DNA from: Mobula birostris
Taxonomy: Eukaryota
NCBI RefSeq assembly: GCF_030028105.1
Contig: NC_092377.1
Span: forward strand, 28,392,782-28,456,781
Length of the DNA stretch: 64,000 nt
Reading direction: 5' to 3'
Part shown: positions 50,376 through 62,439 of the stretch, piece after piece
How positions within the stretch are numbered: the first letter of the stretch is position 1
How the letters are laid out: the number at the start of each line of letters is the position of its first letter
The notes under the pieces: generated by a model
What the model was told of the DNA's origin: nothing
What the model saw: the letters and a program-made list of their open reading frames with translations, nothing else
Databases searched by the model: none
Position numbers and translations under genes: made by a program

Positions 50376-50505
50376 AAGCAAAAGCTGTAGATGCTGGAAG
50401 TCAGGAATAAAACAGAAAATCCTGGAAATCTCAGCAGACAGCACTTGTGGTGAGAGCAAATGAATTAACATTTCAGCTTGAAGACCTTGTATCAGAACTG
50501 ATAGA
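50376..50505 (-). mobile_element. Older PLE pLTR subfamily remnant with hammerhead-like core
   Basis: Minus strand cagttctgatacaaggtcttcaagctgaaatgttaatt. Related remnants lie at ~470-567, 50960-51035, 53120-53190, 58480-58562 and 61237-61322. Confidence 0.55.
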
Positions 50506-51993
50506 AGTTGGAGATCAAATATGTGTTCTTTTTCATTAAAGCTGGTGTGAAAAGATAAAGAGAAAAATCTGTGATAGGTGGAAACCTACGCTTACTTTGG
50601 TCAGTGCAATGTAAAGTGACTTCTGAGATGAGAGTTCTATCTTTGAGAAGAGATATAGTTCAGAAGAAAAGAGGATCATATTAAGATATAAAAGATTCTG
50701 AGAGGAACTGAAAAGATAAATGTTGGGGTTTGTTCCACTTGGAACTAAGCTGAGAAAAAAATTCTTCAGTTTCTGGAATTCTCCACCTTGAGGTCTTTGG
50801 CAACAGTCATTGCATACACTCAGGTTAGAAATAAATGCAGTTTTGAAGTCAGAAGGAATCAAGGACTTAAGGTTTTTGGTACTTGCTGAGTGCCTGCATG
50901 GCCAAATCTAGCTTCTAAATGATTTTTTTCTAAATGCATACTCTACGTTGGAAAACTGAGATGAAAACAAAGTGTTAAAAACAGGTATGGCAGCACTTGT
51001 AGAGAGAAAAATTAATTTTTCAGTTCTTCAGTTCTGGAGACCAGTTTTAAGTGGTGCAAGCTAACTTTAGTCAATGGAAGTCTCTGTCAGAACTGGACTT
51101 TCTACTGAGGCATGTGGTCAATGAATAATATGGTTAGTGCCAACCACATACTGAAGTTGTTCTAGCAGGCAGCATGGAGTTAGTGTTTTGCCCAGGAACT
51201 GGAACTATTCAGACTAGGTTTATCTTGCATCATAATCTGATTCCCTATTTTTATGAACTACCACGGTTAATCCTCATTTTACTAAAAGTGTACAGCAAAG
51301 CTCAGTTGTATGCACTGAACACTCAGTGAAGTAATATCTCCACACACAATTTAGCTTCCGAATTTTTGTTTTAATGAAGTCCATTACTGAAATGTGCAAG
51401 AGGCTGGAATGAATTTCTGCACTGCCTTGTCTTCAGATATTGAAGTAATGGCTAAAGTACAAAGGAAGAAATATATTTTCACTATATCATTGACAAGGAC
51501 ATCTTTGAACTGTGAATTTGACATTGATGTCATATATTGCTTTATATACCAATTCTGATGACTATCAAAAAGAATCAGTTCTAAAGCCATCCTTTATTCA
51601 ACTGTGCATTTGAAACCTCTGCTCTGAATTGACTTAAAACTTCAAAATTAGACAGTGAATTGCCTTGGCTAAGATAGGAAATTATTTTTTTGAATATATC
51701 ATAACTTTAATTAACTACAAAAGATTTTACTTAAATCTGTTCTTTCCTGCTGTCATTTGCCTGAGGTGGTTCTGTGACCTGACGTAATGATTCTTATCCT
51801 GTGGTGGACTGTTTTTATTTCATCAAATAGAGAAGAGAAATTACATTGATCGAGAATCTTTCTTACATGTGCAGAAGTCATAAAAAAGCTAATGATTTGT
51901 TTCCAATATAGTCAATTTATCTAAGAAAACAAATCAACTTTTGCAGAACAAGCTTCCAGAAACAACCAGATGATAATCAGACAGCCAACATAC

Positions 51994-52235
51994 CTGCTTT
52001 TGTTAGGTGAATTGCGCACGATAGACAGAACATCCAACAATGGAAAACGATCTCCAACAGTGTATATTGACATGACAGCCCTGAATATGTTTTCAGGTTC
52101 ATGATACATCTTGTACCTGCAGTCTTTTGATTCACAGCTTTGAATTGCCATTGTGTCATCATTTAGTCAAGCTGATAACTGCCATGAAGAACAGTACCTA
52201 GATAACCATTAACTGGCCCCTCTTAGCTTCTTCAA
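51994..52235 (-). other. Candidate host exon (5' UTR + start of CDS)
   Basis: Acceptor ttttttgttttcag (AG 52237-52236) and donor CAG|GTATGT (GT 51993-51992). Two ATG-led frames stay open to the donor, one ending in a hydrophobic signal-peptide-like stretch in phase 1. Confidence 0.35.
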
Positions 52236-52244
52236 CTGAAAACA

Positions 52245-52530
52245 AAAAATTCAAAGTAAGTTTATTTTCAAAGTATCTATACCATATAAAACTTTGAAAT
52301 TCATGTTCTTGCAGGCAGCCACAGGAAAATAAAGAAATACAATAGAATCCATGGAAAACCACACATAGCAAAGGCAGAGTCCCTGAAAGTGAGTCTTCAG
52401 GCTGTGTAGTCAGTTCAGCACTGAAGCAAATGAAGCCATCCACACCAGTCCAGAAGGCTATAGGGTAACAACTGTTTCTGAACCCGGTGGCATGAGGCCC
52501 ACCTCCTGCCTGATGGTAGTCATGAGAAGA
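52245..52530 (-). mobile_element. Rex1/Babar-type tail fragment
   Basis: PHATGFRNSCYPIA and an aaattcaaagtaagtttatt tail. Confidence 0.6.
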
Positions 52531-53454
52531 GAAGGAAACAAATACACACAGGCACATGAGACAGCCTCAGGTGGGGGATCTTGGCTGACGTGGAGTCGTG
52601 GGCCTGAACACAGGTTCGTTTTCCACCCTAAGTCCTTAACACTTTCATCTGGCTTGAAGTCCTCCCCCGATGCTTTCTCTTCCTGCGATAGCTGACCTTC
52701 GTCCACCTTGAGGTGCAGTACCCTGCATTCCTGACAGTCCAACTACATTAGAACTGGTTCAAGAAGAGGGGCCCAGAGATCAGGAGTGAATAAACCACAA
52801 GCACAAGGTGTTTTTAGATTAAAAACACTGCCACACTTCAAGGAAGTTTAGCTCTACAGGCACTTGAAGAACGAGGTCAAGAAAAGACTTGGTCAGTGCT
52901 GCATCAATCGGAATCCATTTCTCTCACACCAGTCTTTGAGTTACACCTTCAGTTCTTAATCTTGATGACCCCATGTCAACTTGTATATGGCTCAGACAGT
53001 AATCACAGTGAATATTACCTTTATTTTCCTGCCTTTTATTTTAGACCATAGCTACTCATGCTCCTTCACAGGAACCTCCTTCACAGTTTGATATGTGTCA
53101 TTGAGTTTCATATGGACCATGACAACTGAATCTTTGGAAAGAGCCACCGTTAATGTTTCAGATTAAAGCCCCTTCATCAAGATCTAGAAAAGAGAGAAAG
53201 CAAGTTAGTCCAGGTAGCAGAGTAGTTGGGAAGAGGTGGAACAAAGACAATGGCTGTAACATGGTGAAATAATGTAGCTATTAAATGAGCAGTTAAGCTA
53301 ATTTATATATGTGTAATATGCTAATATTAAGTCTGGGTAATGTTGCCTAAATAACCAGAATACATGGATGAAAGAAAAGTTAGGGAGGAAAGATAGGCAA
53401 AATGGACAATCCTAATGCAAACGGAGAAAAAAAGAGCAAGTTAAAATAAAAATA

Positions 53455-53730
53455 AGCTTCATTTGTCACATCTACATCAGAAACATACTGTGAAATGCAT
53501 CATTTGTATCAATGACCAACACAGTCTGAGGATAGGGTTCTGGTGCCAACATAGCATACGAACCCAGAACTTACTAACCCTTACCTATACGTCTTGGAAC
53601 GTGGGAGGAAATCAGAGCACCCTGAGGAAACCCACAAGGTCACGGGGAGAACATCCAAACTCTTAACAGAAAGCAGCGGGAACTGAAGTCTAATTGCTGG
53701 CACTGCAAAACATTGTGCTAACCACTCCAA
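53455..53730 (-). mobile_element. Degenerate V-SINE with LINE-derived tail
   Basis: tcttggaacgtgggaggaaatcagagcaccctgaggaaacccac..tcacggggagaacatccaaactc (V-domain, minus strand). Same layout as 46225-46540. Confidence 0.7.
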
Positions 53731-55639
53731 TACTTGGAGGATTTAATATTGAACCCTGCCGTCTGCAACATGGATTCACACGGCAACACCAAGAGCAGTT
53801 CTTCAGCATAGTTTAGCACAGTATGTGATACCCACCAAGTTCACTGTGAATGGTGTGTAGAACGTGAGTGAGAAGTTAAATTATTGTATTAAAGTAGGCA
53901 TGGCAATGCAGGCAATTGCTTCGCAGCTGTAGGATATTGGTGAAAGGGAAGTAAAGAAATAACAGAAACACAAGCAGATCATAGAACTGTACAAACCTAT
54001 TCTGCAATTGTTTCTGACCTTGTGGCTCATTCAGTTTGTTTCCCAATCCCCATATTTCGGCAATGTTCCTTACCTCTCAATTCCACTATTTCTTTCTCTT
54101 TCTGCCTCCTTTAACCCATTCAAATGTTATTCAAATCTATTCAGGAGCAGATGCTATGAACAAATTTTCACCATCCTTCCTCATTAGACATCATCACTAT
54201 TTGCAAGATTCAGTCTCTCTTGGTCTTCACCATATCACAGACACTCTCTGTTGTTCTCTTCAGCCCTCCCCCACTCTGCAACTTAAAGCATGCATGTTTT
54301 TGCACTTTGCCCCATTGGTCAATGAAAGGCCATTGAAAGGCAAAATATTGTCAACTATTTTTCAATTTCCACATGTACTCTCTCACTTCAAAGCATTTCT
54401 GGTTATATTCCACTGATACCCATAGCAGTAGGAATAGAAATTTAGTTAAGTAACATGAAGCAGAGAATAGCTATGAATGCATGGAGACACAAGATGCTGG
54501 ACTCTGCAGTTGATGCAGTTTCTGCAGCAATTATGAAAGACTGTTTTTGGTGTTCAAAATTAAATTTGATGCTGAGAAATATGATGTGTTAATTTTATAA
54601 AAAATGACGTGATGAAAATTAGTGAGTGATTATGATCTGAACTGGTCCTGCTATGAGTAGAAATCTGATTCAAATGGGAGCTGGATAGTTATCTGAAAAA
54701 AGTGAATTTGCATGGATTTAGGAGATGGCAAATTAAGCTGAGTGATTTTATATTGAGCTGGAATGGACTCAAAAGGCCAAATAGCCTTCTGTGCTGTAAA
54801 CATGCAGTGAATTTGTGATCTACAAAATAGGGAGAAAAAATGCAGATATTAATTAACTTTTTAAATATTATGTGAAGTTCTTAATATTGTTTGGAGCATA
54901 CAGCATGAGTAAGGTAGGAAATGTGATACAAACATTTTTAAAGTACACTATTTATTTTAAACTTCCATTTAGCTGAAATATTAATGGAAAATAATTACAG
55001 TGCACAGTCATAAAATTAATATATTTTAGGCTAGAAAATCTGCTAAGCAGCAATAATAATTTTGTACATTATCGAAAACTAACTTAAATCTTATGCAATG
55101 AAATGTAGAATGTTTGGCTTATTTTATGGTGAAACGAGTTCATAAATTGTTTCATTTCATGTCAGCTCAAATAGATTCTCTTAGTTCTACTGGAGAAGAC
55201 AAGAAACAGCGCAACCTGTGGAAGTGCATTAAATTACTGATTCCATATTGGGATTTCTGTGCTTAACTGTGCAAATAGAGAAATCTCAAAATCGTTCCCA
55301 GTTTCATGAGATGCTGATTGTGAAGCACAGGTGGTTTCTCCAAGATTAGTGAATCAAACTCAGAGTTATTGTCTCTATATTAACCAATCAAATGCAATAT
55401 TACTTTCAGATGGAGCCCGCATGTGCAGCAGCTGCCTAAAGATTAGCCTTTGTGGATTCTAAAACCTTTTCTGTCATAATCAAGATGTTATTGCTGAATC
55501 ACATCCAACAAAGCTTCCCACAGCACTGGCTTCCCTATTCCCTGCCATTTCCAACACATCACCCCTGCAAAAATAAGAGTACTGAGAAGTATCAAGTGTC
55601 CTTAGGAACATATATCTGCAGCTGCATGTTCATGTCTAC

Positions 55640-55930
55640 CAAAAGGTTGACTATGGTTATCAAGGACAGAAGGACAGGGGTTTCAAGTGGGAAAGGAGAA
55701 ATTTATTAGGAAAAATTAATAACACCTTTTTCATCCAGAGGATGGTCACTATAAAGAGTGAGCTGCCATAGGAAGTGACTGAGGCACAGTAGCAACACTT
55801 AAAGGGTACTTGTTCAGGTACAAGGATTGGAAATTTTGCGTGGGATGTGGACAAATGGATGGGAATCATGGTCAGCATGGACCCTTTGGGCTGAAGGGCC
55901 TGTTTCCATGCTGCATGACTCACTGACTCT
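55640..55930 (+). mobile_element. Old CR1 3' fragment
   Basis: tttttcatccagaggatggt..gagctgcca..ggtcagcatggaccctttgggctgaagggcctgtttccatgctg. Confidence 0.7.
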
Positions 55931-57915
55931 AAAAGTACCAGCCCCCTAAGAAAACCTTCCCCTTGGTCCGAATGGTTCACTTAAGAAAATGTGATTGTAC
56001 AGCTTCTTCACAATCGGTTGGAAATGGATGGATTGTGTTTCTATGTCAGATGTTTTATTGTTTAACTTGGGCACTCCTTTCACATTGGGCATTGAGGTAG
56101 ATCTCCTCCATTCAGCCTTTCTTTCCTGCTTTAGTTGATGAGTCTCTCTCAGACCTATGGTTCGCCACAGAATGGCTGCTAAATGAAGACAAGCAGCCTC
56201 ATTATGATATTTCAATAATGAGCATGCTTCCCACAGCAGGTTAGACCGCTTCTTCAAAATGAGCATAGACTAAAACTGGAAATATAATTATCAAATTTAT
56301 CCTGTAGATTATTGAAATTTAACATTTGGCAAGACCTGAGCCTTTGGAGAGTTAAAATTCAGCTCAATGATGATCATCCATTGCCATAGGTAGATATTGT
56401 TAAACCATGGACGTCTGATCTTGAAACTCTATGTTTTTGCTTTATTTACCTCAGATTAGTTTGTTATTATTTCCATTTTATTGATCTGAGGACATGGTCT
56501 AGTAAACAAAATGCATCCTGAGTTTCTGCCAGATATCCCTGCACCCAAAACCCATTACGCTCTTCCAATTTGTCACCCAAACTGCCAGGAAGGGCTTTGC
56601 TTCCTCACCCTGTTCTCCATATCTCCAAATTGTTTTGTATATTTTATCTCTGTTTGCTTGTTTGTGTCTTCAATAGAATTTTTCTTGTCTCTATATCTTA
56701 GCAGGAAAGGCTGAGGATGATATTTTAAGAGCACTAAGAGCACATTTGATCATATAGGGAATTTTTCAATTGGAGGGCGAAACTGGAAGTGGGGCAGTAA
56801 ATATAACATAACCACCCACAAGTCCAATGGAAAAGACAGAAGAAAATGCTTTACCCAGAGAATGGTCAAAATGGAAAATATGTTGTGTAAAAAATGGTTA
56901 TCTAAAGAGGGCTGGAGGAACCTGGAATAAGGCTATCGACAATCCAGTTTTTTTCTTTCTGTTTGTTGCATTATTTTAATGGTGGGTCTGATTATGCTGG
57001 TAAGGACCATCTCTCAGTGTTACTGCCTGTGGTCCTTGCTTGCCCAACTTCCCTCGGGTGCATGTGGAGATCTGGCCTTGCCCATACAAAACACCATCAA
57101 GTCACTTGAAAAGGTCTAGCTGACAACTGAGTAGCCATGAGAGGTGGAATTGTCTCCGCTCAGAGTACAGAGAATTTAACCATTTTTGAAGGTCTATGCC
57201 ATTGAAGCTGAAATAGTTTCATCCCTTCATCCTAAAGTCTATATTCTTTCAAATAACATTTGACAATATCAAAGTTATTATAGAACCTTTGAAAATTGAA
57301 TAAAGTACATTAAAAGATCTTTAAAAATAGGCAGAAAATTGAAGAGAAAATTTACTTATTGTTCTAAACTGCAATGAAATCAATGCTATAATCTAACAAT
57401 GTGGCATTATGATGGATAGGACATTATCCCTCAGTCTATACTTTTGAATGTTTATGTCCAAAATTGTATAAATGGATAACTGGGACTTATTAAAACTTTA
57501 AGAGTTCACAATGCCAGTTCAGATAGGAACCCTCTTTTATACTGTAATCAGCAAGATACACCATTTGGAGTGAGTTTTGTTTTGCCAAGCTTGCCTCTTT
57601 GCTTTTTGCCTTCTTATGAGCAGACATTTGTCCTCTGCTTTAGTCACTCAAAGCTTGATGAAACAATAAATCTTTTTTAAACTCCAGTTAGTGGAAGCAA
57701 ATCTCAGAAAGAGAATTCAAAATGCATACTCTCTATACCACATTATGCACTTAGTGTATTCAGCAAATGACAATTTTCTATCATCATGGTATATTATCGA
57801 CTTTCCTCATTAAATATCATAGAGCATGGAGTCCCTTAATCTTCCCTTCATCCAAAAGTCTATATTCCTTCAAATCCTGAACAAAGTCTCTGAAGAATTT
57901 TCTGTAGTGATAGTG

Positions 57916-58148
57916 ATAGCAACTCACGCAAAATGCTGGAGGAATTCAGCAGGTGTGGCAGCATCCGTGGAAATGAACAGTCCACGTTTCACTTTCATAC
58001 CCTTCATCAGTCCTGATGAAGGGTCTCAGCCTGAAATATCAACCTTTTGTTAATTTCCATGAATACTGCCTGACCTGCTGAGTTCCTCCAGTATTTTCTG
58101 TGTGTTGCTTTAGATTTCCAGCATCTGAAGAATCTCTTGTGTTTATCA
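57916..58148. mobile_element. Short fold-back PLE-derived insertion 4
   Basis: 12-bp TSD gtagtgatagtg (57904-57915 / 58149-58160). Perfect central palindrome acccttcatcag-tc-ctgatgaagggt (57999-58024) and long inverted arms. Confidence 0.88.
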
Positions 58149-58849
58149 GTAGTGATAGTGTTTTGCATTCTCCATATATAGGTTATAAAAATGTATCCTT
58201 TGAAATTATTGGAGACCAGTCAAATCTTGACCAGTTTCTTATTTCCTGTAACTGATTTGCAAAATCAGTAACAATAGTTCAGAAAGATAAATTAAGCCCT
58301 GACAGTGGAGCAGGCAATAGAAAGCAAAATAATTAGCCGGTGTAAAATCTGGCTTTCCTCTAATCCAAGATATATAGAGAAAATCAATATTACTCAACAT
58401 AAAGGCATTACTGTTCTTTAAATGATAGAGGTAATTCAGTAAGTTTACATCTTATAATGAAACTATGCAATATGAACAGTATGCTAGAAATTCTCAGCAG
58501 ATCAAAGGGCCTCTCTGGAGAAAGAAATGTTTTGGATCGATTCTGATCTTTCATCAGAACTAAGAAAAAATAGAAATCAAACGATCTTTCAATTGCAGAG
58601 TAGGGTAGGGTTGACGATAATAGTTAGAATGCCCCAAGTGGGATGGAGATCAAAGTAGACTGAATGATATAAATGGTGTTGCTGCCATCTGAAAGAGGGC
58701 AGTGAAAGCTTAATAATCCCAAGTGGATAAGTAAATAGAAGATGAATGAAAATGGAGAAGGAAAGAGAAAGAAAAAAAAACTGTGCTGCAACTTTGAATT
58801 ACAAAGTATAGCAGATGCAAAACAAAAACTGAAATGGTGATATCTTGAA

Positions 58850-61236
58850 TAGTAACATCAGGACGGGCAGGACTGGCAGCTCGATATTCTGGGGATCTGT
58901 TGTTTTACATGTGACAAAGCAGGAGGACTGAAGGGAAAATGTCACAGCAGTGCTCCATCAAGATAGACTGGAGAACTCGTCTAGTGAGGCATTATGGGTG
59001 GAACTGAGAAATAAGAAAGGTAAGACCACTTTAATAGGGCTATATTACATACCACTCACCAGTCTGTGGGATTTAGAGGAACAAATTTGCGGAGAGATTG
59101 CAGACTGTTGCAAGAAACATAAGGTTCTTATAGTAGGTGATTTCAACTTTCCGCATATTGACTGGGACTCCCATACTGTAAAAAGACAAATTAGGATAGA
59201 GTTTAAGGCCAATTTTGATAGCATCAAAATTAACTAGCAAGAGTGGATTGCTTGTTTGTTAGTGGATTGAGTGGAAGTCTGTTATCTGGCAAAGGTGTAC
59301 TTGGTAAGTGGGAGGCCTTCAAAAGTGAAATTGTGAGAGTACAAAGCTTGTATGTGCCTGTCAGAATAAAAGATAAAGATAATAAGTATAGGGATTCTTG
59401 GTTTTCAAGAGATATAGAGGCCCTGGTTAAGAAAAAAAGTACATAGCAGCTATAGGCAGGTAGGTACAAATGAGGTGCTTATGGAGTATAAAAAAATGCA
59501 AGAAAACACTTCAAAAAGAAATCAGGATGGCTAAAAGAAGGCATGAAGTTGCTCTAGCAGAGAAGGTGAAGGAGAATCCTAAGGGATTCTACTGATATGT
59601 TAAGAACAAAAGCATTGCAAGGGACAAAATTAGTCTTCGGAGGACCAGAATGGTAATCCATATGTGGAGCCAAAAGAGATGGGTGAAATCTTAAAAATGT
59701 TTTTTTGCATCTGTATTTGCTTACATGACACACTCAGAGTCTATAGAAGTGAGGCAAAGCAGCATCAACTTCTTGACCCTGTACAGATTACAGAGGAGGA
59801 AGTGTTTGCTGGCCTTGGACAAATCAAGCTGGATAAATCCCCAGAACCTGATTAGTTGTTCCCTCAGACCATATGGGGGGCAAGTACCACAGAAATTGCT
59901 GGGGCAATTTACCGACAGGAGAAGTACCAAGGCGATTGGAGGATAGCCAATGATGGTCTGCTGTTTAAGAAAGGCTCTAAAGATAATGCAAGAAATTATA
60001 CATCGGTGACTCTGGTGAATTGTGGGAAAGTTATTGGAAGGCATACTAAGGAACCGGATATATAAGTACATGGATAGACATAGACTGATTAAGGACAGTC
60101 AGCATGGTTTCATGCATGGTAGGTCATGTCTATTAAATGTTATAGAGTTTTTTGAGGAAGTTACCAGGGAAGTGGATAAAGTCAAAGCAGTGAATGTCGA
60201 CTACATGGACTTTACCAAGGCATTTGACAAGGTCCCGTGTGGGAGGTTGGTGAAGAAGGTTCAGTCACCCGACATTCTTGATGAGGAAGTAAATTGAGTC
60301 AAACATTGGCTTTGTGGGAGAAGCCAGAGAGTGGTAGTAGATGGTTGCCTTTCTGCCTGGAAACCTGTGACTAGTGGATGGTCGTAGGGATCAGTGCTAG
60401 GTCTGTTGTTGTTTGTCATCTATATCAACGAACTGGAATGATAATGTAGTGAGCTGGATCAGCAAATTTGCAAATGGACACCAAGACTTGGGATGTAGTG
60501 GACAGACTATCATGGCTTGCAGTGGGATCTGGATCAACTGGAAAAATGGGCAAGTGTGAGGTGTTGCACTTTGGTAGGACCGACCGGGGTAGGTCTTACA
60601 CAGTGAATGGTAAGGCACTGAGGAGTGTGGTAGAACAAAGGGATCTAGGAATACAAGTCCATTACTTGTCGACAGTGGCATCACAGGAAGGTAGGATATT
60701 GAAGAGGGCTTTTGGCACATTGGCCTTCATAAATCAAAGTACTGAATACAGGAGTTGGGACTTTATGTTGAAGTTGTATAAAGACATTGGTGAGGCCAAA
60801 TTTGGAGCATTTCTGGTCATTTAAAAAACAGGAAAGATGTCGGATGAAAGAGTACAGAGAAAATTTACAAGGATGTTTCCAGGTCTGGAGAACCTGAGTT
60901 AGAAGGAAAGATTGAATAGTTTAGGACTTTATTCCTTAGAATATAGAAGATTGAGAGGAGATTTAATAGAGGTATACAAAATTACGAGGGGTATAGATAG
61001 GATAAATGGAAGCTGGCTTTTTCCACTGAGGTTTCCCCGAGGGGATCGTGAGAGTGTGGAGTGAGGTTGATTTCAATGCTTAAGCGAAGTTTGGATAGGT
61101 ACATGGATGGTAGGGGTATGGAGGGCTATTGCACCGGCACAGGTCAATGGAGATAGGCAGTTTGAATGGTTTTGGCAAATGCTAGATGGGCCGAGGTGCC
61201 TGTTTCTGGGCTGTACTTTTCTACGACTCTATGACT
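58850..61236 (+). mobile_element. Degenerate CR1 ORF2 (APE to 3' UTR, internally deleted)
   Basis: EALWVELRNKKG, VGDFNFPHIDW, DKSPEPD, QHGFMHGRSCL, MDFTKAFDKVP, CEVLHFGR, and tail actctatgact. Confidence 0.88.
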
Positions 61237-61394
61237 TGAAAATATTCAGCAGATTAGGCAATATCTAATGAGAAAGAAGCCAAAAGTATTTCCTGTGAGT
61301 GATAGCCATTCATCAGAAGTGGTCAGTTCTTCTGCAAACCAGAAATAGTGTGCAACTGAAATTGTTGACAAAACTACAGGCAATGCATTGCATT

Positions 61395-61625
61395 GGATCC
61401 ACGTTTCAGTGTCTCACAGCACCAGAGACGCAGGCTCTGTCCTGATCTTCGATGCAGTCTGTATGGAATTAGCAAACTTCAAATTTCCCCCATGATTATG
61501 AATATTTCCACTGAGTGCTTGGATTTTCTTCCATATTCCAAAGTTAATTAGCTACTGTATATTACCATTAATGTTATAAGTGGCAATATAGTCAAAGAAG
61601 GATGGGGGGGTTGATAGAGAGGTGA
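61395..61625 (+). mobile_element. Very degenerate V-SINE
   Basis: ctcacagcaccagagac..gcagtctgtatgga..tttcttccatattccaaag..ttaattagctactgta. Confidence 0.45.
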
Positions 61626-62439
61626 AAGGCTTTGAATTGCAAGAGAAGGGGACAATAAAGGGAAGGAAATTTGGGGTCCTCCCTGGAGATGTGTTGTTTT
61701 ATAATGGACAGCACATTTTAGATTTCAGAGGGAGTTGGTCAGGAGTCAAAGAGGAAGAAGTTGGGATGGAAACAAAAGGTTGGACTGGAGAAGAAATTTT
61801 GAAAATAACCCAGTTAAACATAGAAGGAAAACTTTGGCTATTGAACAGATGGATTTGAGGCAATAATACAACTACAAGACGCAATAGGTACTTCCATCCC
61901 TTTAGGCTGTAATTCTGATCATTGTATGAGTAAGGATATCTAATCATTTGAACAGCGCAATAAAGTGCAATCAAGCCATGATCTCTCTTTGAGAGCATTA
62001 AGGAAACAGAAGATTCTTCACCCTGGTGAAGGGAATGCTCAGAGGAAAATATTTAACCACTCAAGACCCTGCAACGTATTTGAAATCCTAGACTTGAATA
62101 CCATATTCAGCTCCTATAAATTCCAGAACAGAATTTTATCCATGAGAAAGCAAAATCGCAAGCTTAAGATCAAGAAATATTGATTAAATGTAATTATTTT
62201 ACATACAGGATAATGACTGAGTCAAAGAATAATTGCCTGGAACAGACTGTCCAAAGAAGCAATGGAAAAAAAATAAAGAATGGTTAGATGGAAGTGTGAG
62301 AGCATGGCCATTCAAGAGATATTTTGGAATAAACCTGATGACTTTGTGAAGTGTATTTTGGCCTTGGAATAAAACAAAGCAGGAGTGATTCAAAATAAAT
62401 GAATCCCAGTAGCAGTACCCATGAAATCCACTAATAGGG

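Noticed and set aside
9381-58148. Fold-back elements as classical DNA-transposon MITEs or miRNA genes
   Set aside because: The arms are unequal and match PLE retroelement termini, and TSDs are 12-14 bp and variable rather than a fixed 2-9 bp. No miRNA evidence can be drawn from sequence alone.
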